From assembly GCA_016209865.1 (NCBI GenBank), contig JACQVL010000262.1:1-55834 (forward strand): 55,834 nucleotides of DNA, in the 5' to 3' direction. The notes below the pieces were generated by a model, which was not told the origin of the DNA, did not search any database, and saw only the letters and a list, made by a program, of their open reading frames with translations. A program made the position numbers and the translations under genes. This document shows positions 27,630 to 36,812 of the stretch, piece by piece. The DNA is from Candidatus Latescibacterota bacterium. Lineage in GTDB: Bacteria > JAAXHH01 > JACQVL01. Every line of letters begins with the position of its first letter. The first letter of the stretch is position 1.

Positions 27630-28781
27630 GGCAAACATCACTTTCTGTCCAGCGAAGGTGTCCGATTTGATGATCTTCACGGAAGCGCGTGCCCCGCCCC
27701 CCTCGTAGGAGACGGTAAAATCCTCGCCGGGTCTGAGGGTCGACGGGAAGACATCCACCTGTTTGATTTTTGCCAGGCCCGGAAACGCGCGCGCCTCGAA
27801 CGTCAGCGTCGTGCTCTCCCGGAGGTCGTGCGACCGGGCGAACCGGACGTTCCGCAGCGACCGGACGCGCGGGCTGCCGAACAGGGGGTCGGTGATGATC
27901 CCGTTCTTCTTGAATCGTTCCAGCGTGTCCACTTCGTAGGACACCGAGTTGAGCTGGGTCTCCAGCAGGAGGCGTTGTTTCTCGCTCACCGCTCCCTTCG
28001 CGAGCGCATCTTCTTTTTCTTTGCTCAGCGCCCTGATGTCCGCCTGAAGCCGGCTCTCCTCGCTCCTCAGGAAGAGGATGCGCTCGGCCAGGGCTTCCTG
28101 GATCTCCCGGAGAGAATCCACCTGCGACCGGGCGACATTCCGCTCGCCGGTGAGCGTCTCGATCTTCTTAGCGACGCGCTGCCGTGCCCGGCGCTGCGCT
28201 CTTCCGGGAGAGATCGACGCCGTCCCTTGCGTGACATACGTCCCAAGCTCACCGTCCTTATAGAGCATCCAGATCTTCATCCCGGGCGCCAACTCATCGA
28301 CCAGCGCGGTCTTGTCCACCGCTTCGCGCGCCTCTTGCTCCGACAGCCCGTGATTCTCCATCAGGAAGCGGAGGGACACCTCGTGATGCGAGTCGCCCCG
28401 CTGGACGACGTAGGGAGCGGGAAGCTGGGTCTGGAGCTGGCGCACCTGGTCCTGCAGTTGCTCGATCTGTTTCTGGGTCGTGACGACCTCTGTCAACAGT
28501 CCGCGGTAGGAGACGTCCTTCTCTTCAGTCAGCATCCGGTTCAGGGTTTCCACCTGCGCCTGATCCAGTCCCATGTTCTCGACGCTGGTCGTGTCGATGC
28601 GGTTGCCTTCGGGATGTGTGGCGTTATACTCCCGGATGCTCTGGCGCATCTTCTCCTGACGTTCCCGGATGTCTTTTTCGGTCTTATCGAGCTGTTGTAC
28701 CATTGCCTGGAAGTTGTCCGGCTTGCCCTCACACCCGGCCAAGAGTATGCCCAACATCAACGTGATGAGTAACGGTTTCAT
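27621..28781 (-). CDS. Lipoprotein with long coiled-coil segments and a LysM-like insert
   Basis: Start trimmed to the ATG at 28781 (SD GAGGAGG). Lipobox MKPLLITLMLGILLAGC. Heptad-rich Q/E/R segments. YVVQRGDSHHEVSLRF....GL resembles LysM. Confidence 0.7.
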   Translation of the reverse strand: MKPLLITLMLGILLAGCEGKPDNFQAMVQQLDKTEKDIRERQEKMRQSIREYNATHPEGNRIDTTSVENMGLDQAQVETLNRMLTEEKDVSYRGLLTEVVTTQKQIEQLQDQVRQLQTQLPAPYVVQRGDSHHEVSLRFLMENHGLSEQEAREAVDKTALVDELAPGMKIWMLYKDGELGTYVTQGTASISPGRAQRRARQRVAKKIETLTGERNVARSQVDSLREIQEALAERILFLRSEESRLQADIRALSKEKEDALAKGAVSEKQRLLLETQLNSVSYEVDTLERFKKNGIITDPLFGSPRVRSLRNVRFARSHDLRESTTLTFEARAFPGLAKIKQVDVFPSTLRPGEDFTVSYEGGGARASVKIIKSDTFAGQKVMFALR

Positions 28782-28879
28782 GGGGTGATAGCCTCCTCTA
28801 CAAAAGAAGTGAGAGGAAATGGGAAAAAGAAATTGGGAAATGAGGTGATACTCTCCTCTCCGACAGAGGCGAATTGGCC

Positions 28880-30229
28880 TCACATCAGTCCGTACCGTTT
28901 GCGTTTGCGCCACAACGTCGTCGGGTCGATCTTGAGGATGCTGGCGATCGTGTCCAGGTCGCGCACTTCCTTGAGCAGGTACTCGATGTACTGTTTTTCC
29001 AACTCCTCCAGCGACAGGTGCTGGCGCATCGCCTGCTCAACCGGGCTCTCGTGCCGTTGGAGTTCCTCCGGGAGATGGGTGGGCATGATCTCCCGGCCAG
29101 CCGCGACGAAGAACGCCCGTTCCAGGACGTTCCGCAGTTCGCGGACGTTGCCGGGCCACGGATACTGGACGAGGAGACGCATCACGTCCGGGGAGACTTC
29201 GACGGCTTCCGTCCTGGCGCTCTGGCTCAATGCCCGGAGAAAATGGCGGATGAGTAAGGGGATGTCCTCCTGTCGCTCCCGGAGCGGCAAGAGGGTCATC
29301 CGCACCGCGTTCAGCCGGTAGTAGAGGTCCTCCCGGAACGTGCCGTTCTTCAGCACCTCCTCAAGGTTCCGGTTCGTGGCGGCGATGACGCGGACATCCA
29401 CCTTGATCGTCCGGCTGTCCCCGACCCGCTCGAACTCGCGGCTCTGCAAGAACCGGAGGAGTTTCGCCTGCAAACCGGGCGAGATCTCCGCGATCTCATC
29501 TAAGAAGATCGTGCCCCCATCCGCCAGCTCGAACCGGCCCTGCCGGTCGCGCGTCGCCCCGGTAAACGCACCCTTGACGTGCCCGAAGAGTTCGCTCTCG
29601 AGCAGGTTCTCGGAGAGCGCGACACAGTTCACCTTGACCAGCGGCTTGTCCCGGCGCGCGCTCTGATGGTGGATAAACTGGGCGAAGACTTCTTTCCCCG
29701 TCCCGCTCTCCCCGTTGATGAGCACGCTCAACGGGCTGTCGGCGACTTGGAGGGCGAGGTCGAGCATCGTCTTCATCCGGGCGTTGCCCGTGATGATCGG
29801 CTCTGGGCCGGTCGAAGCCTTGAGCTGGGACTTGAGCGCTTTGACTTCCGCCTGGAGCCGGTGGTGTTCGTACACCTTCTCGATGAAATGACGGAGGTCG
29901 CGCAGGTTGAACGGCTTCTCGATGTAGTCGTACGCCCCTTTCTTGAGCGCGTCGACCGCGGTATCGACTGAGCTGTACGCGGTCATGATGACGACCGTGA
30001 CCTCCGGCGTCCGCCGCTTGATCTCCTCTAACAGCTCGATCCCGCTGATGGGCGCCATCCGCAGGTCGAGGAACGCCATGTCGAACCCGGTCGTCTCGAG
30101 CTGTTCGACCGCCTCGACCGGGTCGGTCAGGGCGCAGACCCCAAAATTCATCCCCTCCAAGCAGATCGAGAGCGTCTTGAGGATATTCTTTTCATCGTCA
30201 ACGATCAGCACCCGTCCCCGCGTGTTCAT
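28880..30229 (-). CDS. sigma54-dependent response regulator (NtrC/Fis family)
   Basis: 449 aa. Receiver domain (DD..D..K pattern), AAA+ domain with GESGTGKE and GAFTGA, and a C-terminal Fis-type HTH. Confidence 0.93.
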   Translation of the reverse strand: MNTRGRVLIVDDEKNILKTLSICLEGMNFGVCALTDPVEAVEQLETTGFDMAFLDLRMAPISGIELLEEIKRRTPEVTVVIMTAYSSVDTAVDALKKGAYDYIEKPFNLRDLRHFIEKVYEHHRLQAEVKALKSQLKASTGPEPIITGNARMKTMLDLALQVADSPLSVLINGESGTGKEVFAQFIHHQSARRDKPLVKVNCVALSENLLESELFGHVKGAFTGATRDRQGRFELADGGTIFLDEIAEISPGLQAKLLRFLQSREFERVGDSRTIKVDVRVIAATNRNLEEVLKNGTFREDLYYRLNAVRMTLLPLRERQEDIPLLIRHFLRALSQSARTEAVEVSPDVMRLLVQYPWPGNVRELRNVLERAFFVAAGREIMPTHLPEELQRHESPVEQAMRQHLSLEELEKQYIEYLLKEVRDLDTIASILKIDPTTLWRKRKRYGLM

Positions 30230-30253
30230 GCGACCTGTTTCCTTCTTCGTGCC

Positions 30254-32125
30254 TCACGCCCCACCCTCGACTTCGACCATGCTCGGATCGTGCAGGGGTA
30301 AGGCGAAAGTGAAGCTGCTCCCCTTCCCGACCTCACTCTCCACCCAGATGTCCCCGCCGTGGGCTTTGACGATCTCTTTGGCGATCGCCAGGCCGAGGCC
30401 GACGCTGCCCGGCGTTGAGACGGTGGAATCCCGGACCTGGACAAATTTGTCGAAGATCGTCCGGAGATGCTCCGGCGGAATCCCCCGTCCGGTGTCGGAG
30501 ACGCACACCCTGATGTCCCACTCCGTGGCGGCCGCCCGGATCGTCACCCGGCCGCCCGGGTCGGTATGCCGGAGCGCGTTCCCGGTCAGGTTGCTGACCA
30601 CCCAGGACAGCCGTTCCGCATCCCCGACGACCGTGATCTGCTCGTCGATCGGCTCGATGTCTAAGGTCACCCCTTTCTCCTGGAAGGGCAGCACCAGGGA
30701 CTGGGTCGCCTGCTCGATGACGGCGGCGATCCAGACCGGCTCCCGCTTCATCTCCATCTTGCCCGATTCGAGCCGGGACAGGTCGAGCAGGTCCCGGACG
30801 AGTTTGGTCAATCGGGTGCAGTCTTCGCGGGCTGATTCGACCAGGTCGCGCTGGCGTACGGTCAGGACGCCGAGGATTTCTTCGAGCAACAGGTCGACGC
30901 TCATGCTGATGGAGGTCAATGGAGTGCGGAATTCGTGCGAGACGGTGGCGAGAAACTCCGATTTCATCCGGTCGAGCTCTTTGAACGGGGTGATGTCGTG
31001 CATCAGCGTGACCACCCCTAAGAACCGGCCGGCATCACTGACCATCCGGGCCAGGTGTAGCCGGTAATAGCTCTCCTTCCCGGTCGGGTGTCGGACGGTG
31101 TAATCGCCGGCTTCGGGCGGGTCACCCGCCTGCTGGGCGGCATTCTGGATGATGCTGCACAGTCGTTGATCCTGGAGACACTCCATGATCGGCCGGCCGA
31201 TCGAATCCGCTTCGTTCACGTTGAGGATGTCCTGCGCCGCCCGGTTGATGAGGAGGACGCGACTCTCGTCATCGGTCACGACGATGGCGTCCGAGATGCT
31301 CCGGACGATCACCTCGGATTTCGTCTTCTCGGCGATGATCTGATCGATGTTGAGGGCCTGGTAGTGGCGCAGCCGTTCGGTCATCCGATTGAATTCGCGG
31401 CCGAGTTGTCCGATCTCATCGTTCGTCGAGACCGGGATCGTCAGGTTGAGCTGCCCGTCCCCGATCTCGCGGACGGTCTCAGTCAGATGCCTGGTGGGCT
31501 GGATGATGAGGCGGGACAGCCGCCAACTGAACACGACGCTCAACACGACCGCTCCGACCGATGCCAGCACCAGGCCGAGCGTCGCCCGGCTGGCGCGCTC
31601 GCGCGCGGCGTCATCGGTCATGAGCATCGCCTTCTGGTTGACCGCGAACAGCTGGAAACAGTGCTCCCGGACGCGCTGGAACAGCGGGCGCATCTGCCAG
31701 TACGCGCTCAGACGGGAAGAATACGACCGGCCCTGACTGGAGGTCTCAAACGCCCCGATCGCTTTCGTGTACTCCTCGTAGCTCGTCCGGATGCTGTCCA
31801 GAATGGCCGGCTCGGCCGGCAGAGTGGCGCTCGTCGTCGCGCTGTCGAACCAGGCGTAGAAGAGGTCCCGGTTGGCGAGAAAGAGCTGTCGGCCGTTGTC
31901 GAGGTCCTCTTTGTTGATCATCAGCAACTGCGCGCTGTCCTGCTTCTCCAGGGCGGCGACCATGTTCTCCGCCGCGATCACGCTGCTGTAATTCCGGGCG
32001 ATGATGCGGCTGATGTCCGTGCTCAGCCGGTTCACGCTGTAGACCGCCCACACGCTCACGACCACGGTGACGAAGACGAGGGTGAGAAACCCGGAGGTAA
32101 TCTTGGATCGAAGGCTCGTGAACAT
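30254..32125 (-). CDS. Sensor histidine kinase (TM-sensor, HAMP, PAS, HisKA, HATPase_c)
   Basis: 623 aa. H-box SEFLATVSHEFRTPLT, N-box NLTGNALRHT, G-boxes DTGRGI and GSVGLGL. Confidence 0.92.
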   Translation of the reverse strand: MFTSLRSKITSGFLTLVFVTVVVSVWAVYSVNRLSTDISRIIARNYSSVIAAENMVAALEKQDSAQLLMINKEDLDNGRQLFLANRDLFYAWFDSATTSATLPAEPAILDSIRTSYEEYTKAIGAFETSSQGRSYSSRLSAYWQMRPLFQRVREHCFQLFAVNQKAMLMTDDAARERASRATLGLVLASVGAVVLSVVFSWRLSRLIIQPTRHLTETVREIGDGQLNLTIPVSTNDEIGQLGREFNRMTERLRHYQALNIDQIIAEKTKSEVIVRSISDAIVVTDDESRVLLINRAAQDILNVNEADSIGRPIMECLQDQRLCSIIQNAAQQAGDPPEAGDYTVRHPTGKESYYRLHLARMVSDAGRFLGVVTLMHDITPFKELDRMKSEFLATVSHEFRTPLTSISMSVDLLLEEILGVLTVRQRDLVESAREDCTRLTKLVRDLLDLSRLESGKMEMKREPVWIAAVIEQATQSLVLPFQEKGVTLDIEPIDEQITVVGDAERLSWVVSNLTGNALRHTDPGGRVTIRAAATEWDIRVCVSDTGRGIPPEHLRTIFDKFVQVRDSTVSTPGSVGLGLAIAKEIVKAHGGDIWVESEVGKGSSFTFALPLHDPSMVEVEGGA

Positions 32126-32212
32126 CGGCGCACCCCTCTATGAGATGGGAAAGATTTTTTCCAATATACACAAGAATTTTGGCGGGCGCAAGACGGGAGT
32201 ACAGATTCGCGC

Positions 32213-32242
32213 TTGACTTTCCCCGGCTGTGGGTATTATATA
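32213..32242 (+). promoter_or_regulatory. Candidate sigma70-like promoter for the murG-like operon
   Basis: TTGACT (32213-32218), then 18 nt, then TATATA (32237-32242). An alternative is TATTAT with only 15 nt of spacing. Confidence 0.35.
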
Positions 32243-32307
32243 CGAAAAGACGTAGGGTGACTTCCTTCCTCTCATCACCGACCCTCTCCAGACACGGCGT
32301 GGACGCG

Positions 32308-34401
32308 ATGACCTACCTCTTGACTGGCGGCGGAACGGGCGGGCACGTTTATCCAGGGTTGGCGATCGCGGACGAGATCCGGCGGCGGCAGCCAGATGCC
32401 CGGATCGTCTACGTCGGCGCACGCGGCAAGATCGAGGCGCAACTCGTCCCGCAGCGCGGCTATCCGATCCGCCTCGTCTGGGCGCGCGGCCTGCCGCGAC
32501 AGAAGCGGCCGCTCGCCCTGCTCTCGTTCCTCCTCGTCACCACTCTCGGTGTCCTCCAGAGCGTCGTCATCCTGCTCGCTACCCGTCCCCGCGTCGTCGT
32601 GGCGACGGGCGGCTACGCGAGCGGCCCGGTGATGCTCGCCCTGGCCCTCCTCCGGCGTCTCCATCTCTCTTCCGCCAGGACGTTCATCCACGAGCAGAAC
32701 GTTGTCCCCGGCCTGGTGAACCGTCTGGCGGGCCGGATGGCGGACGTGATCGGCGTCTCATTCAGCGAGAGCATCCGGCGTTTCGACGCCTCGAAGGTCG
32801 TCCGGGTGGGCTACCCGGTGCGCCGGGAGATCGCCTCCGTCACCCGGGACGAGGCCCGGCAGGCGTTAGGTCTCCCTGGCGACGCGCAGGTGGTGTTCGC
32901 GTTCGGCGGCTCGCAGGGCTCCCGCACGATCAACCGGGCGATCGTCGATGCGCTGCCCGCCTTGCTGCCGCGCGAACGGTTGTACCTGATTCATGCGATC
33001 GGTCTGTTTAAGGGCACACAGTACCATGCGGCACACGATACGGCGGCGCGGATGGTAGGCGCCGGCCTTCGTCCGGAGGACCTGCCGCGCTACCGGCAAG
33101 TCGAGTATGTGTACGATATCCAGACGGTCTACGCGGCGAGCGACCTGGTCATCTGTCGAGCGGGCGCGGCGACCCTGAACGAGGTCTGCGCCTGCGGGCT
33201 TCCGTCGATCATCATCCCGATCTCCAACACGCCGGGAGACCATCAGGCGCTGAACGCGAAGACCCTCGAAACCGCCGGAGCGGCGCGTGTCCTCTACGAA
33301 GAAGCGATCCTTGAGGACGGACGCATCGTCGGAGCGGTCAACGGGCGCCGGCTGGCCCAGGCGATCCTGGGGTTGCTCGATGCGCCCGTGCAACTGGCGG
33401 AGATGGCCGCACGGGCACGCACGATGTTCGACCGGGATGTGCTCGACCGGATCATGGCGTGTGTCGATCGTCTGACGGCATCGAGTCCAGGACAGGCTGA
33501 GGCGGGGTACGCACACGGCAAGACCGAGGATGACGGAAAAGCCGCTCTCAATGCCATTCCAGAAGCGCCCGTCCAGCCGTCCCTCGCCGACGTGGAGGAG
33601 ACGGCGCAGTTGTCGCCGTTCCAGATGCTCCAGTTCGTCCAGAAGCATCCGGGCGGCCAGCTCGCGCAGGTGATCGACCTCGACTACCTGAAGTACAAAG
33701 TGGACGGCTATCTGATCGCACCGGCCTGGCAGGTGCGGAACGTCGGGGTCAAGCTCGTCGGCTTGTTAGGCTACCGGGAGAAACTCCCCCTCCTCCTTTT
33801 CATGCTCCAGGACCGCACGCCAGTCCCATGGCTGCACCGGCTGTTCGGCGGGGATTATCAGCAGGTCGGGTTCATCCGCCGGAATATCGTGCAGACGCTC
33901 ATCCAGGTCGGTGAGTACACCCCGGAGGTCCGAACCGCCCTGCTCGCCGGGCTGGCGGACCCTTACTACGAAGTCCGGTCGTGGTCGGCCCGAGCGTTCG
34001 GCCGGCTTTCCCCGCTCGCCGGGCCGGATGACGAGGTCGAGCGGCGGCTGATCGAGCGGCTCCACGACCCGTCGTTCGAGGCGGTCGTCGAAGCCATCGC
34101 GGCGCTGGGCAAAGTCGGAGGAGCCCCAACCCATGCGCTGCTCCGGGAATTCTACGCCGAGGCCAACTCGAAAATCCGTGAAGCCGTCATCCGGACGTTG
34201 ATCGACCTGATGGATCGTGGCCTCATCCCCGACCTCGACGCGCTGGCGGTTGAGGTGCAGGATATGCTGGTCACGTGTGAAGACTTTCAACCGACGTTCC
34301 CCATCAAACGGGCCCTCAACAACCTGGGGACAGCCCTGAAAGAACGCCAGCAGGCGGTGCCATGCTCTACCACCTCAGCACCTATCTCTACCACACCGTA
34401 G
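32308..34401 (+). CDS. murG: MurG-like UDP-GlcNAc glycosyltransferase fused to a ~330-aa C-terminal HEAT-repeat domain
   Basis: Start trimmed to the ATG at 32308 (MTYLLTGGGTGGHVYPGLAIADE, the MurG G-loop). GT28 C-domain motif RAGAATLNE. The C-terminal half carries repeated D..YEVRS.SARAFGRL / DPSFEAVVEAIAALGKVG HEAT-like units. Confidence 0.85.
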   Translation: MTYLLTGGGTGGHVYPGLAIADEIRRRQPDARIVYVGARGKIEAQLVPQRGYPIRLVWARGLPRQKRPLALLSFLLVTTLGVLQSVVILLATRPRVVVATGGYASGPVMLALALLRRLHLSSARTFIHEQNVVPGLVNRLAGRMADVIGVSFSESIRRFDASKVVRVGYPVRREIASVTRDEARQALGLPGDAQVVFAFGGSQGSRTINRAIVDALPALLPRERLYLIHAIGLFKGTQYHAAHDTAARMVGAGLRPEDLPRYRQVEYVYDIQTVYAASDLVICRAGAATLNEVCACGLPSIIIPISNTPGDHQALNAKTLETAGAARVLYEEAILEDGRIVGAVNGRRLAQAILGLLDAPVQLAEMAARARTMFDRDVLDRIMACVDRLTASSPGQAEAGYAHGKTEDDGKAALNAIPEAPVQPSLADVEETAQLSPFQMLQFVQKHPGGQLAQVIDLDYLKYKVDGYLIAPAWQVRNVGVKLVGLLGYREKLPLLLFMLQDRTPVPWLHRLFGGDYQQVGFIRRNIVQTLIQVGEYTPEVRTALLAGLADPYYEVRSWSARAFGRLSPLAGPDDEVERRLIERLHDPSFEAVVEAIAALGKVGGAPTHALLREFYAEANSKIREAVIRTLIDLMDRGLIPDLDALAVEVQDMLVTCEDFQPTFPIKRALNNLGTALKERQQAVPCSTTSAPISTTP

Positions 34402-35471
34402 CCGCGCTCTCCTTCCTCCGCCTGTTCGGCTACCTGAGCTTCCGGGCGATCGGGGCGGCACTGACCGCGTTTGCGGTGACCGTCCTGTTCGGGGAGCGGA
34501 TGATTCATTTTCTGTACCTCAAGCGGATTCGGGACGTCCCGCGCGAGTACGTCACGATGTCCGCCGCCGACAAGTCTGGGACGCCCACGATGGGGGGTCT
34601 GCTGATCATCTTCGCCGTCGTAACGAGCATGGCGCTCTGGTGCGACCTGCTCAGCCGGTTCGCGCAGATCGTCTTCTTCGCGTTCGCCTGGTTCACCGTC
34701 TTAGGCGGGATGGACGATTACCTGAAGCTCAAACACGCCCACAGCGACCGGGGGCTGTCCCAGGCGACAAAATTTTTCTGCCAGGTGGCGTTTGGACTGA
34801 TCCTCGGCGCCGTGTTCTTGATGCCCGGCGTATCCCCGGTCGCCCCCACGATCGCGTCCAAGCTGTACCTGCCGTTCATCAAGGCGCCGATCCTCGACTT
34901 AGGCTGGTGGTACTTGCCGTTCATCGCGTTCGTCGTCGTCGCCATCGCCAACTCGGTTAACTTCGCGGATGGCCTCGACGGGTTAGCCATCGTGCCGGTG
35001 TCGTTCACGATCGCCGTCTACGGGGTGTTCGCGTACGTCATCGGGAACACCATCTATTCCAGCTACCTCCAGTTCTTCTACCTCTCCGGCAGCGGGGAGC
35101 TGACGGTCATCTGCGCCGCCATCTTCGGGGCCAGCCTCGGCTTCCTCTGGTACAACGCCTACCCCGCCCAGGTGTTCATGGGGGATGTCGGGTCGCTCAC
35201 CTTAGGCGGCATCATCGGGACGCTCGCCGTGCTCCTCAAGCAGGAATTCCTGTTCCTGATCGTCGGCGGGGTGTTCGTGATCGAAGCGTTCTCCGTCCTC
35301 ATCCAGGAGAAGATCGGAGTCAACTGGCTCGGCCGAAGGATGTTCTACCGCGCGCCCATCCATCAGACGTTCCAGCACCGCGGCCTGGCCGAGACGAAAG
35401 TCGTCGTCCGGTTCTGGATCATCGCCGGGATTCTGGCCCTCATCGGGCTGTCGACGTTGAAGATTCGCTGA
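34362..35471 (+). CDS. mraY: Phospho-N-acetylmuramoyl-pentapeptide transferase
   Basis: 369 aa. Motifs KSGTPTMGG, NSVNFADGLDGLA and GDVGS. Overlaps the murG-HEAT ORF by 40 nt. Confidence 0.95.
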   Translation: MLYHLSTYLYHTVAALSFLRLFGYLSFRAIGAALTAFAVTVLFGERMIHFLYLKRIRDVPREYVTMSAADKSGTPTMGGLLIIFAVVTSMALWCDLLSRFAQIVFFAFAWFTVLGGMDDYLKLKHAHSDRGLSQATKFFCQVAFGLILGAVFLMPGVSPVAPTIASKLYLPFIKAPILDLGWWYLPFIAFVVVAIANSVNFADGLDGLAIVPVSFTIAVYGVFAYVIGNTIYSSYLQFFYLSGSGELTVICAAIFGASLGFLWYNAYPAQVFMGDVGSLTLGGIIGTLAVLLKQEFLFLIVGGVFVIEAFSVLIQEKIGVNWLGRRMFYRAPIHQTFQHRGLAETKVVVRFWIIAGILALIGLSTLKIR

Positions 35472-35484
35472 CAGGAGACCACGT

Positions 35485-36579
35485 ATGCTGCACTTTGAGT
35501 ACTCCAAATGGGTGCCTGAGCCGGACGAACAGAAGAACAAGCTCGATGAGTTGATGAACATCTTCAGCTACATCCTCATCCAGACGAACGGGAATGTGGA
35601 AGAAGCGTTAGACTGGATGAAATTCTTAGACAACCGGTACGGTATCTTCGGGGACGAGACGAATTTCGAGGAATTCCTGCAGGAACTCGAACGGCAGGGG
35701 TACATCGAACGGCAGAAGACGGTCTACGTCCTGACGGATAAAGGGGGACGGCGGATCCGGGAGGATTCTCTGAAGCACATCTTCAGCTCCCTCAAGAAGG
35801 GCCTCTCCGGGAGTCACGACACCCCGTACGAGGGGGAAGGCGTCGACCGGACGAGCGAGACGAGGCCGTACCGGTTTGGCGACCCGGCGACCAACATCGA
35901 CTTCACGTCAACCCTCAGCAACACCATCCGGCGCGACGGGTTCGACTTGCGGCTTCAGGAAGAAGACTTCGAGGTGTATGAGGTCGAGCACACGACCGCC
36001 TGCGCGACGGTGATGCTGCTCGACATCAGTCACAGCATGATCCTGTACGGGGAGGACCGGATCTCGCCCGCCAAGCGGGTGGCGTTAGCGTTAGCGGAAT
36101 TGATCCTCCGGAAGTACCCGAAGGACCAGCTCGAGCTCGTCCTGTTCGGCGACCAGGCGAAGCGGGTCAACGTCGAGGACCTGCCGTTCGTCTCCGTCGG
36201 CCCGTACCACACGAACACGAAAGCGGCGCTGGGGCTGGCCCGGAACCTCCTCCGCCGGACGAGGAACGTCAACAAGCAGGTCTTCATGATCACAGACGGC
36301 AAGCCGTCCGCCATCTATGAGAAGAACGGCCGCCTGTACCGCAATTCGTTCGGCCTCGACCCGAAGATCGTCAACCGGACGCTCGACGAGGCAGTAGCCT
36401 GCCGGCGGGAAAAGATCACGATCTGCACGTTTATGGTGGCGCAGGACCCGTACTTGATGAGTTTTGTGCAGAAGTTGACGGAGATGAACCGGGGGCGGGC
36501 GTACTTCTCGTCGCTCGACAACTTGGGCGAGTACATCTTGGTCGACTACGTGCGGAACCGGAAGCGGCGGGTGAGTTGA
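35485..36579 (+). CDS. VWA-domain protein (CoxE/MoxR-partner-like)
   Basis: 364 aa. MIDAS-like LLDISHSM, plus ITDGKPS. No AAA+ partner gene in the window. Confidence 0.8.
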   Translation: MLHFEYSKWVPEPDEQKNKLDELMNIFSYILIQTNGNVEEALDWMKFLDNRYGIFGDETNFEEFLQELERQGYIERQKTVYVLTDKGGRRIREDSLKHIFSSLKKGLSGSHDTPYEGEGVDRTSETRPYRFGDPATNIDFTSTLSNTIRRDGFDLRLQEEDFEVYEVEHTTACATVMLLDISHSMILYGEDRISPAKRVALALAELILRKYPKDQLELVLFGDQAKRVNVEDLPFVSVGPYHTNTKAALGLARNLLRRTRNVNKQVFMITDGKPSAIYEKNGRLYRNSFGLDPKIVNRTLDEAVACRREKITICTFMVAQDPYLMSFVQKLTEMNRGRAYFSSLDNLGEYILVDYVRNRKRRVS

Positions 36580-36590
36580 GGGGAAGAAAT

Positions 36591-36805
36591 CCGGGGTACG
36601 GGGTTCGGGATTCGGGGAGAAAACATCGGGATACGGGGTACGGGATACGGGGTACGGGAAAGCATACAGAAGGACACCCACAAGGGGTAGCCTTATACTC
36701 ATGCTGTCATTCCCGCGCAAGCGGGAATCCATTTCCCGGACCCCGAATCCCGTACCCCGTCTTGTCTCTTTTCCCGGACCCCGTACCCCGAATCCCGTAC
36801 CCCGG
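36591..36805. repeat. Largest composite heptamer-arm element (CGGGGTA / TACCCCG class) with a central core hairpin
   Basis: Left arms at 36591-36662 (CGGGGTA CGGGGTT CGGGATT ... CGGGATA CGGGGTA x2). Core GTCATTCCCGCGCAAGCGGGAATCC at 36706-36730. Right arms at 36735-36805 (CCCGGAC CCCGAAT CCCGTAC ...). Followed by GGGTTTTTCTC. Confidence 0.9.
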
Positions 36806-36812
36806 GTTTTTC

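Noticed and set aside
28782-28880. A sigma54 (-24/-12) promoter in front of the lipoprotein gene downstream of the NtrC-like regulator.
   Set aside because: I checked every GG in the spacer for a GC 12 nt downstream and none fits TGGCAC-N5-TTGC.
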